NCBI RefSeq assembly: GCF_018350175.1 | Contig: NC_058369.1 | Location: 24,430,001-24,494,000 of the forward strand | Reading direction: 5' to 3' | Length of the DNA: 64,000 nucleotides | DNA from: Felis catus | Lineage: Eukaryota | Shown: piece after piece, positions 50,674 to 63,530 of the stretch | Layout of the letters: every line of letters begins with the position of its first letter | Position numbering within the stretch: the first letter of the stretch is position 1 | Notes under the pieces: generated by a model | Database searches by the model: none | What the model saw: only the letters and a program-made list of their open reading frames with translations | Told to the model about the DNA's origin: nothing | Position numbers and translations under genes: made by a program

Positions 50674-51037
50674 ATTTCAACAACAAAAAATAATTATGGG
50701 TGCTGTGTTTATGGGCATCCCAAGGAACCTATGAAGTGTCAGCCTCATGGCTTCTTTCTGAGTACTCTGTTCACCAGTTTCAGTGTTTGTCACGGCTGTA
50801 CCTTACAAGCTGGTTATTCTAAGAAGGAATTATGTGTTCACAAGCTCTAACTCCACAGCCTATTCCCTTCCCTCAAGACTGAAATAATGGGATAATAATA
50901 ACTTGAATGAAGATTAATCGTAAGTAATAAAGTACCTTGTTTGGTACTTTTTAAATCATTTTGGTGGTTATATAACATCATTGCTAGTTTTATATTTGGA
51001 AACTATTAAGTTTTATCTTATTTAAAAGTTTTCTCTT

Positions 51038-51248
51038 GGGGCGCCTGGGTGGCGCAGTCGGTTAAGCGTCCGACTTCAGTCAGGTCACGATCTCGCGGTC
51101 CGTGAGTTTGAGCCCCGCGTCAGGCTCTGGGCTGATGGCTCAGAGCCTGGAGCCTGTTTCTGATTCTGTGTCTCCCTCTCTCTCTGCCCCTCCCCCGTTC
51201 ATGCTCTGTCTCTCTCTGTCCCAAAAATAAAAATAAACGTTGCAAAAA
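51038..51248 (+). mobile_element. Can-SINE, young SINEC_Fc type
   Basis: Perfect TSD aaaagttttctctt at 51024-51037 / 51249-51262; CpGs largely retained. Confidence 0.96.
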
Positions 51249-52439
51249 AAAAGTTTTCTCTTATTTAAAAAAAACTTTTTATTTTAAAAAAGGGGAAATT
51301 GCTCTCAATTTATGCCAACCTTTGGGCATAAAACTTATTTTTCTGCACTAAAAATTATCTCTAAAGGATAGATTCCAGAGGTATCCAGGTATTTGATTAC
51401 AGACTCATTTACGTTGACAAACTTTTCCCCCAATGTGGTTGTCCTAATAATTTACACCAAATATGAGACTCAGATCCCTCAGTTATAAGTGGGAGGCGTG
51501 AGAGATTAAGCATAGGTGTGCAGACCACTCTCAGTATAGTCCAGGTCAAACATGCACAGCATTTGGAAGATTCAGGAAATGCTCACTTGTTTGCACACAC
51601 ACTCAGACTTTAATGTAAAGAACCTCCTCCCATACATGAAAACCAAATTCTAAAGAGTCCCAAAACTCCAAAACCATAAGTTTTCAAAAGGAATTGTACT
51701 TCCAGAAGGTGAAAAAAAAGCTCTCAATTAGGACCCCAACCTCAAAGTGCTAACCAGAAATATAACACCTATACACAGAACTGGTATTTTAATCAGATTA
51801 ACAGAAAGCCACATGCAAAGTGGAAATAAACAAAAGTATTGTCGGGCTGGACAGGTTGGGAGAGGCCTGGTACCCAAACTTGAAATTGGCACTACTTTGC
51901 ACTAGAGAACTAGCTATAATTTCTTTACATCTGCCCTGGAAGGCTGTCCACTTTTATTCTGCTCATGGATTACAGCAACATGATGAGATGTTGTAAAGCA
52001 ACTCTAAGAGGCATGAACTGATATGAAATACTTTCTTGGCCCTTGACATACTCCCCCCATACTATACTCAGCCCAAGAGTTAACTTTCCTCAGGAGTCTC
52101 TAAACCACAAAACATTTTTTTTCACTTCTAAAACTCTTTTGCTTTCCATGTATTTTCTGACAGGACCCAGGAGTATTTCCAAAGGTTTAGCTATAAATTA
52201 GAATGCATAGCACATCAGGGACAGCTAATTCACCTAGAGGAGGATCCAGCTCTGATTAATTTTTCTTTCCTTACCTTGCTCACAACAGGATTCCCAACCT
52301 ACCAACTAGCCTACTGACACTGCCACACAGTTGAGCCATCATTCATTCATTCAAATATTTATTGTGCTCTTATTATGTGTCAGGTCCCATGCCAGGTTCT
52401 GATAATTCAAAGTGGATGTTGAATCAATAACTTCAGCAT

Positions 52440-52537
52440 CATTCATTGACCAGTTGTGTGACCTTGGCCAAGTAAGCTAATTACTCTGAGCCTCAGTTTC
52501 CTTAACTGTAAAATGTGGGATAATAATGGTACCTTGC
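52440..52537 (+). mobile_element. MIR, 5' part (resumes at 53936 to ~54050 after the SUMO1 retrocopy)
   Basis: tgtgtgaccttggccaagta...gagcctcagtttcc...ctgtaaaatg...ataataatggtacc. Confidence 0.85.
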
Positions 52538-53935
52538 AGAGCCGCGGTATTGTGTGGTGGGGAAGAGGGATGGATTTGTAAACCCTGGAGCGAGGTTCTG
52601 CCTACCTGAGGGCGCTACTGTACGGAGACCCTGGATGAAGCCACCATCATCATGTCTGACCAGGAGCCAAAACCTTCAACTGAGGACTTGTGGGATAAGA
52701 AGGTAGGAGAACACATTAAACTGAAAGTCATTGGACAGGATAGCAGTGAGATTCAGTTCAAAGTGAAAATGACAACACACCTCAATAAACTCAAAACATC
52801 ACACTGCCAAAGACAGAGTGTTCCAATGAATTCACTCAGGTTTCTCTTTGAAGATCAGAGAAGTGCTGATAATTACACTCCAAAAGAAACTGGAATGGAG
52901 GAAGATGTGATTGAAGTTTATCAGGAACAACGATCAATGATTCAATGATTTATATATTCTTCTTTTTTTTTCTTTACCCTCAATCCTTTTCTATTTTTAA
53001 AATTAGTTCTTTTGTAACGTGGTGTTCAAAATGAAATTGAAAACTGGCACCCCATCTCTTTAAAACATCTGCTAATTTGAATTCTAGTGCCCATTATTCA
53101 TTACCACCTGTTTTCATTGTGCTGATTTTTGGTGATCAAACCTCAGCCCCCTTCATATAGCCCTCTCCTTTTTAAAAATTACGTGCATGCATAGAGGGCC
53201 CACTTTTCCCAGGCTGTGCTTTTTCAGTCTTATGATAAATAAGATTGACCAATGCAAGGTTCACAACGACTTTCCAGTTGGCCCTGAAGTTCTAACTTGT
53301 GATTGCTTCACTCCTGGACTATGATTTTCAGTGGGAGATGAAAGTTTTTCAGAGAAGTGAACTGTGGAAAAATGACCTTTCCTTAACTTGAAGCTACTTT
53401 TAAAATTTGAGGGTGTGGACCAAAAGAAGAGAAATACCATGCTGGCATCAAGATGACAGAGATGGCGAGGGTAATGACTAACTCAAAGATGGTTTCACTG
53501 AAAAGAAAGTGTTTTAAGATACAAGAAAAGTCTTATTAGAAGATCTCAGAGGGGTGCCTGGGTGGCTTAGTTGGTTAAGTGTCTGGCTTCGAGTTGGGTC
53601 ATGATCTCACAGTTCATGAGTTTGAGCTCCACACTGGGCTCTGTGCTGACAGCTCTGAGCCTGGAGCCTGCTTCGGATTCTGTGTCTCCCTCTTTCTCTG
53701 CCCCTCCTCTACTCCGCTCAAAAATAAATAAAACATTTTTTTAAAAAATTTTTTAAAGAAGATCTCAGAAATATTCTAATTTTCATTAACAATTAATAAA
53801 GTTATTCATGCAGAAGTGTATTCAACAGAACACTACTCTTTTTTATTTTATTTGTACTTTTTGACCGGGGATATGTGTTTTAAATGGACATTGTCTGTAC
53901 CAGCCTCATTAAAATAAATAAAACATTTGTAAAAA
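52538..53935 (+). pseudogene. SUMO1: Processed SUMO1 pseudogene (5'UTR, CDS 52652-52948, full 3'UTR)
   Basis: Intronless. Translation [13 protein letters not shown]...[13 protein letters not shown]...[11 protein letters not shown]...DVIEVYQEQ is clearly SUMO1. AATAAA near 53913 and a short A tail. TSD ataataatggtacc(t/c)tgc at 52520-52537 / 53936-53953. C-terminal TGG lost. Confidence 0.97.
53551..53756 (+). mobile_element. Can-SINE, SINEC_Fc2 type, inside the SUMO1 retrocopy 3'UTR
   Basis: Perfect TSD agaagatctcaga at 53538-53550 / 53757-53769. Confidence 0.95.
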
Positions 53936-54894
53936 ATAATAATGGTACCCTGCCTCATAATATTAAACAATTGTACATGCCTCCCAAATTAAGTGAAATA
54001 ATATACGTGAACATGGTTTCAAACCATTCATATTCAAACTATAGCTTAGTCACTAATGTGAAAAAATTAGCATAATTAATTTAGCTGATTCTGGTTAAAA
54101 ATTATCAGCAATTAAGAGAAATGTGCAAAATAGAACTTTATATTTGATGTACCAAAAAATGTTATATCTCTATATCTTAATTTCGTTGTAGCCTCCAAAT
54201 TCCTAATTCTAACCCCCTGGTGAAGAACAAAGGTACAACAACATAACCTTGGCAATTAGAAGTAACTCAGTCACCACTACTTAAACATCAGTCTTTTGAG
54301 ATTCTCTTCTTTCCCCACCTTCTCATCTACCCCTAAATTCCTAAATGGTAAAGCATCCCCTGGGGCATATTTGCCATCTACAGGTAGTGTCTGAGTAACT
54401 GGTGCCACCTGGATTTGGGTGTTGACCTCTGAGGTCAACTACTGCTGACTGCAGCACCCACCATGGACTTCAACAAGATCCACGCACTCTGAGTCTTTCT
54501 TGGCCCTGCCCCATGACTCCCCAGTCTTCCAACCCTCTCAGCATCTACCACAGCTTCCTGTGACAGTTAAGAGCCTCACTGCTTCTTTTTCCATACCACA
54601 TTGGAGCTTGGGTCTTATATGGCTGTCTTCAGCCATTGCCACTTCTCCACTCACAAGGCCAGTTGAATATGCATCACCTAGTCTCCCCAGCCTGCTCTGG
54701 GAAACAAGCTAAGTTCCCCCACTGCTTTAGATTCCTCCTGAATTATATTCAGAGATTTCTGGATCTAAAGAGACCATATCTACTTCTTTCCCTCACATGA
54801 AATGGGGCTGGGTGCAGGGGAGCTCTTCTCAGACACTCACTCACTTTCCAACTCCAATCACATCCCCCTGGAAAAACATTGGGCAAATATGCTT

Positions 54895-55040
54895 AAGTAC
54901 TTACTAGCTGTATGACCTTGAGAAGTACTTAATTAATGGTTACCCTATCTGTAAAATATGGATAATAATGGCCATCTCACAGGGACACTGTGAGGATTAA
55001 ATGAGATAATGTATGTAAACCTCTGGGATGAAGCAAGTGC
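54895..55040 (+). mobile_element. MIR
   Basis: acttactagctgtatgaccttgag...atctgtaaaatatggataataat...tgtgaggattaaatgagataat. Confidence 0.85.
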
Positions 55041-56089
55041 TACCCAATCCCCATCACCCTTTCTAGATTTTCCCTTCTAGATGACCTCTGGTCACTGCAT
55101 CCATATGTATAAATTGTGTTTGTTCCAACAATAAATTCCACCCTCCTGATCTAACACCCTGCAAATTCATTTGCAAACATATGCCCCAAGTCTCTGCCCA
55201 TATAAATTGGCAAGACTTTGCAATTCTTTTGGCATATCATATACCGTAATGCATCATAGTTTAAAATCTTCATCAGGCATGGCAAGCTTGATAACCATCT
55301 GCAGTTTATATGGCTTAACCTAAACTAAACCAAATGGCCTTATCCTTATTGCCCAATCCCAAGGCTCCATTTCTCACCCTGAGTAACTCTTGCAATTCAC
55401 ATTTAGATTTTCCCCTAAGTTACAAAAATAGAAACACTTGAGGAAATTAGCTATGTTAAAGGCCATTTTCCATGGCATCAGGTTCAAGGCCAGATTAATG
55501 TGTTGATGCTTTAAGAATTAGAACCAAAGTCCAGGATTTGGCACATTTTACTTTCAGCCATTGCCTTGTGAGTATGAACTTCACCCCTTCATCAACTCTA
55601 GTCACAGAGCAGTCTTTTAAAATCTGACTGCAGCACAGAAAGAAGTTCAGCATCTCTGCCTGTAAAAAGGGAAATCAGCCTGCCAGAGACTGAAAAGCAA
55701 TTTCCAACAAGTCAGTAATTACAGAGGTCCACCTCAGCAGCCAAATTCCTGTCAAGGATTTTTTTTTTCTACATTGGAGACATTATGTCAAGCCAAGGCA
55801 ATCACTTTGTTCACAATAAGATAATTAGACAATCTGAGAGAGACCCTCTCTCTGTTCTGAACGCCTTCCTGTGCTTTGAGATCAGTAGCTTTGATAGCAT
55901 TTTTGAAGCAAGACAATCCTTTCTTTATTCATATCACTTCTTACACAGAAGCCCAACAGAGTCAAACTACTCTGGATGAAATAGGACTAGGGGCCCAGAT
56001 GGCTTGCCCTGCTAGGTATCACCCTTGGCTGATTCGGCCTGTCTCACAGGGTTCTAGGACCCCTCAGGGCCACTTTAAAAGTCAATGCC

Positions 56090-56319
56090 GGGGCGCCTGG
56101 GTGGCGCAGTCAGTTAAGTGTCCGACTTCAGCCAGGTCACGATCTCGCGGTCCGGGAGTTCGAGCCCCGCGTCGGGCTCTGGGCTGATGGCTCGGAGCCT
56201 GGAGCCTGTTTCCGATTCTGTGTCTCCCTCTCTCTCTGCCCCTCCCCCGTTCCTGCTCTGTCTCTCTCTGTCCCAAAAAAAAATAAATAAAAAACGTTGA
56301 AAAAAAAATAAAAAAAATA
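56090..56319 (+). mobile_element. Can-SINE, young SINEC_Fc type
   Basis: TSD aaaagtca(a/c)tgcc at 56077-56089 / 56320-56332. Confidence 0.96.
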
Positions 56320-56347
56320 AAAAGTCACTGCCTCAGATGACCTAAAC

Positions 56348-56572
56348 CAGGGATCAGCAAACTTCTTCTGTAAAGAGCCAGATAATACACATTTTCTGCT
56401 TTGCAGGCCATAAATGGTCTCTTGTTGCAATTATTCAACTCTGCTATTGTAGGGTAAAAGTGGCCAAAGACAATATGTAAACAAATCAGCATGCCAGTCC
56501 TCTGATAAAACTTTATCTAAAAAACCAAGTGACAAGCTAGATTTGGCCCATGGGCTGTAGTTTACCAACCAT
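56348..56572. mobile_element. MER58A hAT-Charlie MITE
   Basis: cagggatcagcaaacttcttctgtaaagagccagata...ataaaacttta...gatttggcccatgggctgtagttt; opposite orientation to the 42822 copy. Confidence 0.88.
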
Positions 56573-56998
56573 AAACTAAACTAGAGACCTATATTTTTAT
56601 TGCCTCTTGATTCAACGTGATATTCAAGATAGAAAAGTGGAATATATCACAGAAATCACCAGAAACTCTACCTTGTATAACTTGAACTTTGATTTATTTT
56701 CATTTTACGTACAATATTTACCAAAGTTGTTAAAACACAAAAATTCTGTCTCTTTCATTTACCAAGTAGCTGTTTAGGACCTTAAACCTATATTTTACTC
56801 TATAAATCATGATCATCTCAAATGTGATCTTTCATACACAGTGAATTTTAATTCCTGTAAGACATTCGCTCTAATTCCTCCTCCCCAAAAAGATGTAGAT
56901 CATTGAAGTATCATATAAAATTAGGTTTTACCCTTCCACTCATATGTATAAATAGCTGATATTATAAAAAGACAAGGCAAAATCAAAAGAGTTTTCTT

Positions 56999-57205
56999 TT
57001 TTTTTTTAAGTTTATTTATTTATTCTGAGAAGAAACAGAGTGAGGAGGCACAGAGAGAAAGGGAGAGAGAGAATCCCAAGCAGACTCTGCACTGTCAGTG
57101 CAAAGCCCGACACAAGGCTCCATCTCCCAAAGCCATGAGATCATGACCTGAATCGAAATCAAGAGTCAGATGCTCAACCGACTGACTGAGCCACTCAGGC
57201 ACCCC
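56999..57205 (-). mobile_element. Can-SINE, SINEC_Fc3 type
   Basis: TSD aagagttttctt at 56987-56998 / 57206-57217. Confidence 0.94.
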
Positions 57206-60200
57206 AAGAGTTTTCTTGTAAATAAGCATTATACCAGAGTGGCTGAGGATGTAAAAGTATAAGGAGAAAAAGTGGGTTTTAGACTAATTTTTGATATAAT
57301 ATCTCAGATATGGCTTAGGAAATTAATATTTATATATGTATTTATATTGTATATTTATTATATATGATACCATAGTGAACACCATTCTGACAACAACCAA
57401 GCGGAACTCCTGCCCTAAGCATCATGGCAAGGGAGGCCCTGGAGCTATATTTGTTCCACAAGGTCATTCCTAGCAAATCAGGCCTGCCTAGAGCAAGGGT
57501 GAAAACTGACCCAAGCTGGGCTCTCTCCCAGGTTCCAGCTGGATCTATGAAAGGTAAATTCAAGAGCTTAGGGCTGGCTGAGGTGACCACATGGAGCAAG
57601 ATGCAGCACAGGTAATGCCCGTAGTCAGAAGAACTGAAACATCCTGGCAATCCTAGGGTTCCCCTCTCCAGCTCTTCCTCAGGACTACTGTATCCAGCAC
57701 TTGGATTCCACAAGCTGTCCTTTCAGTAATGCCTCCTTTTCTAATAGTGCTAGCTAGGGTTTTTTGCAACTACAGTGTTAATTTCCACATATGCTGCCTG
57801 CTCCAATTCTCATTCCACCTTCCTAGCCACACCTCTCAGAATGCTCCAAAGAGAAAGCAAATTTGCTCCATCAGTCTGCTTGGTCTGCAACTGGGGAAAG
57901 CAAGCTCTATGAGAGTGTTGTGGGGGACCTTCAGGAAACCACTCCTCTCCAGTAAGTCTTGGGACTCGCTGCCACTGCCAAACACTTTCTTATGGGAAGC
58001 AGATGAGAATAACAGACTTTCCATAAAAGTTTAGTGAAAAGCTTACCAAATAAGGTCAAAGAAGATTGAATGAGATGTCATCAAGGGACTTTAATTTCTG
58101 CACCAAGTGAAACAAAAAACATGAGGACATAGTCCCTGTGCCCCACTCCCAGAATGGCAACTCACAATGGCCCCCAGAGACGTGATTGCAAGCTCAAATA
58201 ACCCCCCTTCCACTTGTCCTGTAGCTGCGTAAGTCAGGCCAGTTCCAGGACCAAGCACTGCTCACAAAGTTGAAACATCCTTCCTCCAAGCAAATCGAAG
58301 ATGGCCAACCCAGAATTTGGCTCTGGCAATCAGACTCCAGAGCCTGCATTATAAACCACTATGCTCTACCTCTACCCCCTCTGGCCTCTCCACCTCCCTC
58401 CATCCCCTGTCCAGTCTATTCCATACCCTACTCCAGATCAATCCTCCTTAGGTACAACTTTATGACTACCCCTTCCTTGCTCAAATCCAGCAGTAGCATC
58501 CTATTCACAGGCCAACTGCAGAATGCCAATCTGATTATGGCTCACCCCTTCATAAGATCTTTTAGTGGTTCTCTACCATTCTAGAATAAAGTCTTGACTG
58601 CTCACCATAGTTTACCATATTTCACAAACTCACTCTCCAATGGTCCTCTTCAGTCCCATGAAAACTTCTCTCCCTCTGTTATAGGTATTCTAGACCAGCA
58701 TGGGGAGGTTAACTCAGTCCCTTGATTGCAACAACCACATTTCAAGTGCTCAAAGTAACATCTAACTATGGCTACCACATTGGACAGCACAGCTCTAGAC
58801 TTTCCCTGTTTCCAATGCTATGGACTCAGCTCCCTGTTGCCTCCAGACTTGACTAAACTATGCTATTTGCCTCCAATTCATTCCCACCCTTCCTTCCCCA
58901 CCCCCTCCTTGAATTTCTTTTGATCCTTCAAGTCTCAGCTTATACACCACTGATCCAGAGAGGCCTTCTTTGCCTCCTCTAAGTTAAGAAACTCTGTTAA
59001 ACACTCCCTGCCTTTTTTAGTAAATGAAATGATTTAACTATGTGCAACCTGTTGTTTTCCATAAGAATCAACAATGTCTATATTATGAACAGTTGTATCT
59101 ACAGTGCCTGGTAGGCAGTCAGTAAAGACTAGGGAAGCCTCACCTACCTCTCATCCCAAACTGTCTCTGATCCTCTATGCCTTTGCTACGTCCTGGCCAA
59201 ATTACACAACTCACTGCCCTCTGAACTTTCCCTGTGTGTTCCTACCCTTGAGCTTTTGCTTGACTTGCTACCCCATCCCATTTCATCTCCTGACATCTGT
59301 CCCCTTTCAAATGCCACTTCCTATAGGGGTTCCTAACACTTAATGGAAATTGATCATTCTTTGCAGGTTTTGTAGACCATGTTTGGTATTACTACTCTTC
59401 AAGTCCCTACTGTAAGACTAAAAAGGCTGTGGCCCCATCATCCCACCACCCAGCACAGTATCTGGCACACATCTTGCACTCAGTGAAAGCAAGGTGGTAG
59501 GCAACCAATGAATCTCAGACAGAACTACCAACAGTGACAATCTGTTGAGGTGGGATGATTAAGGAGGATGATGGCAGGATAGGAACTTCAAAAGAAAATT
59601 ACCTGAATAACAACAGATTAAAGAGGCTGCTGGGAAATGTGAAGAAGCTCTCTAATTTACTTTTGGGAAAATGACTTTTTTTTTAATGGTAGCATGAAGG
59701 TCAAACACTGACTGACAGACATTGCATCATGCTAGCTGTCAATCTGATCAGAAAAATTTCATACTAAATCAAAATTGATATTTGGATTTCATTCTTTGTT
59801 CTAAATATTTCTTAATACATGGCACATATATTTTGTCAAATGTGAGATACAAAACTTCATTTAACTAATTCCATTTGTAAGATCAAAGTCCAAACTAAAC
59901 TTACTAACTTTACTCATTATTTATACAAATTTTGGTCCTAATTGGATCCCAATATGAACATCTTCGTGTAAGAGGGACCTCCTGCATAAAAGTACAGTTT
60001 TAACTAATTCCCTGTAAGAAGTTAACATTCCACAGACTGTCACGTCTTCTTTGGTCTTACATTTGTGCTACAGAAGTTTTAACCCTACATGTCTTCACAG
60101 CCACAAGCTAATCCCCCTAAAACAGAATTAATCTTATTACTACCCACACAGAGACTAACTAGAAAAGGCATTTGCAGAACAAAACAAACAAAAATCACAG

Positions 60201-60826
60201 TAGCAAAAAGAAAAATACAACACTAGCCCATTTCCATTCATCTTATGGTCTTTCAGGTAGAAGAGCCTTTAACTTTTCACTCTTAGGCTTTGTGTAAATT
60301 ACAAGACAGTACCAAATTCAAAGTGATTTTTATTTTTAGACTGTCAATCCAATCAGCTTTTGATTTTCTCACTGACTCAGAAATACAAGAGATTTCTAAC
60401 ATATATATTTATTCTAGCCCCCTACATAATCACAGAAAGTAAAAACTTGAGAAATTTTCAACAGGCCAGAATAATATAGAATTGTTAGTTTGTAATGTAA
60501 AAACTAAAACAGCTTTAAATTTATTATATTAACCCTAACTGGTATAAATGACTTAACTTTCCTACTTATCCAAAGCAATTCTAATTTCAAGCAAATAAGA
60601 CCAAAACAGACAGGCTGGCAATTTGATAAAATGTACACTCACCGTCTAATAAAACAGACTAAGAAAAACATATTGCTTTAAAAGTTCTAATTTTCACCAC
60701 CTTCTCCCAGACCCTCACACACTATCTACAGCTGACTTTTTCAAGGTATTAAGAAATATGAATTTTAATCTGCTATGAGGCTTCTCACAGGAGATGAGAA
60801 TGGAATGATACCATTCCTATTTTTTA

Positions 60827-61053
60827 TTTTTTTTTATTTTTTTAATGTTTATTTATTTTTGAGAGAGAGACACAGAGACAGAGAGAGCTGGGGAGGAAGG
60901 AGCAGAGAGAGAAGGAGACAACAGAATCCAAAGCAGGATCCAGGCTCTGAGCTGTCAGCACAGAGCCTGACACGGGGCTTGAACTCATGCTGTGAGATCA
61001 TGACCTGAGCCAAAGTCAGATTCTCAATGAACTGAGCCACCCAGGTGACCCCC
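60827..61053 (-). mobile_element. Can-SINE, SINEC_Fc2 type
   Basis: TSD attcctatttttta at 60813-60826 / 61054-61067. Confidence 0.94.
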
Positions 61054-62427
61054 ATTCCTATTTTTTAGTTACACCCAGCTTGGCTGAGGATAAAGATGTA
61101 AATAGGAGGTGAAGTTACTAAAGATAAAAAAAATTCAGGATCTGTCATTAGCAAGAAAACAAGGGGGATTTCATAAATACTAGTACTTTGGCTCACATTA
61201 TAAACATGCAAGATCCAAACAGCATGAATAAAACTCTGTTACATGTCCAGATGAAAGAAAGGATATCAGAAAAGAATTCAGAGTTTCCAGCACTATCTTG
61301 ACTAAAAAAGAAGTGAAGTCAAGTTAACATTCTGAGGCAGAAGATCCTTCCTGGTTCTCAACTCAAATTCTCCACAAGCTTTATTTCACCAGTGTCAAAC
61401 ACACTTACAACACACTTACATCACAATTATCTAGAAGTCCTATCTTAGATCATTCAAGTTCAACACATTAAGACACACTCAACTTAATCATAGATCAGTC
61501 TGTTTAAACCCTACCTACTCTGCACACTTCTAACAAGCTTGGCATTCTAATTCCCAGTCTCCAGCAAACTAACAATAAAAAGATGAAATGTGAAACACGT
61601 GCTAGAGACACCAACATTGTTAACAGGGATAGATGTCCTCTAGCAGCATAGGAAGAACCAGAAAAAAAAAAACACCAAAAATATACATGCAAAGGAGATA
61701 ATCTGAGACCACTTAGGAGAGAGGCAAATAACCCTATATTCCCAAGACCACCCCAAGGCACCTACCCCCTCACAAGAAAGAGTAATAATAGACACTGCTA
61801 ATCTTGACCCTGAGCTATGAATAAAAGGTTCCAATCTGCTGGGGACACTCTGTGTAAGAAAGTCAGGAAGTATTCCAATAGCTGTAATCTATAAAGACTT
61901 CCCTCAGAGTGGTTAATCATTTTTGAAAGTGTTGACACATAAAGGGCGAGGCTATGGTCACTTGGGGAGCTGTCTTATAAGGAAAGCTCCCTTCTCCCAC
62001 ACCATCAGTTAATGAAGCACTGCATACATATACTCCACATCGGAAAGCAGTTCCAAGGACAGCATTCCAAAGTCAGCTATAACAACAAACAACAGATGTC
62101 CTAAAGAGGCACAGATATTTCCTCCCCACACCCAAACTGTTTAAAAAGGGGGAAAAAAAATAAACCAAAAAAAAAAAAGTGTGACCAGATAGGTAAACTA
62201 TCAATGAGCTAAAAAAATTTCAAGTTTCCAATGAAGGCAAAAGAGCACCAAAAAAAAAAAAAAAAAAAAAGACAAATCATTCTCATTTTTTACAAAAAAA
62301 GGCACCAGATAAATTTCCCTCTGTACAACTGCCAGGCCCACAGGCAGCTCTTCAACACAAAGATGATGAAACCAGAAAGATTTCCATAAGGGAGCAGATA
62401 CTTCCAAGTAGCAAATTTCTAATTTTT

Positions 62428-62651
62428 TCTTTTTTTTTTTTTTTAAGTTTATATATGTATTTTGAGAGACACAGAGACAGAGTGAGTTGGGGGTGGGGCA
62501 GAGAGAGAGAGGGAGAGAGAGAATTCCAAGCAGGTTCTGTGCTGCCAGTGCAGGGACGAATGTGGGGCCCAAACTCACAAAACCACAAGATCATGACCTG
62601 AGCCAAAACCAAGAGTCAGACATTTAACCCACTGAGCCACCCAAGTGCCCC
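62428..62651 (-). mobile_element. Can-SINE, SINEC_Fc3 type
   Basis: SINE head on the minus strand at 62651; degenerate TSD caaatttctaatttt / caaatttccatttt. Confidence 0.92.
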
Positions 62652-63200
62652 ACAAATTTCCATTTTTAAATAAGCATATTTATTGTTATTTTCTCCAGTT
62701 ACAATAATGTGAATAGTTGTTAAATACTAAATTCTAGTTTCTAAACTCCTATAATTGAGGCGACACAGCCTCCAATCAGGGTAAGATAGGGTAAGGGTAT
62801 GTACCCTCCACCCCCAGCCCCCAGCACCAAATTACTAAAATCCATCAACTTAGGGCAAAACAGGACTGAGACATCTGGCTGAAATGAGACCACTGTGGCC
62901 AGATCTGAAGGGGAATAAGTGTGTTTCCCACCATCATGGCAGGCTATGTACTTATGTATTTATTTATAACTTCTACTTCACCTGTTTTTAGAAAGACTCT
63001 GAGGATCCTGGCCAATGAGCTGCCTAAAAAACAGTCCTGCAATTTCTTTACACATTTTCTTTACATCCTGAAAAAGTGTAATGGAAAAACCACGCTCTCA
63101 TCCAAACCATCCGGAATACACATAACGATAGCAAAGATGATGAAGTAATCCAATGGTTCCCACCTGATCCTTACCTTGTCCCTACCATGGCATACAGGAG

Positions 63201-63311
63201 TAGGGTGACCAACTCCGCCTGATTTGTCCAGCACTTTTCCAGTTTATAAACTGGAATCCCACATCCTGGAACCTCCTCACTCCTAGGCGCCTGGAATAGT
63301 CAGTCATCCTA
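63201..63311. mobile_element. MER81-like hAT (Blackjack) MITE
   Basis: TIRs tagggtgac / gtcatccta; 111 bp. Confidence 0.8.
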
Positions 63312-63404
63312 CACAGAAACAGTGACATTCACACATCCCCATGGCGGTGTCCAGAGATGTGGTTACATACAACCCCTTGTCTTTTTAGCTCAGGGAAATA
63401 TAAA

Positions 63405-63530
63405 TATGAGTGGGAATCTTGTCAGTCAGACTTGGATTCAAATTCCATTCCCTCCACTTCCCAGCACTGTGAACTTAACCTCTCTAAGCCCTAGTTGCTA
63501 CACTTATAAAGATAACAACACAACCTCCTT
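63405..63530 (+). mobile_element. MIR fragment
   Basis: agtcagacttggattcaaattcc...ccacttcccagc...acttaacctctctaagcc. Confidence 0.7.

Noticed and set aside
57342..57713. 123-aa minus-strand ORF in a slightly GC-richer unique block
   Set aside because: No recognisable homology; non-ATG start; length compatible with chance
229..62612. Many similar 60-125 aa ORFs (MAQSVKHPT..., ...VREFEPR..., ERERER/SLSLSL)
   Set aside because: All are translations of Can-SINE bodies and their (CT)n tracts, not a gene family
259..62651. tRNA-like A/B boxes
   Set aside because: They belong to tRNA-derived Can-SINE heads; no standalone tRNA cloverleaf seen
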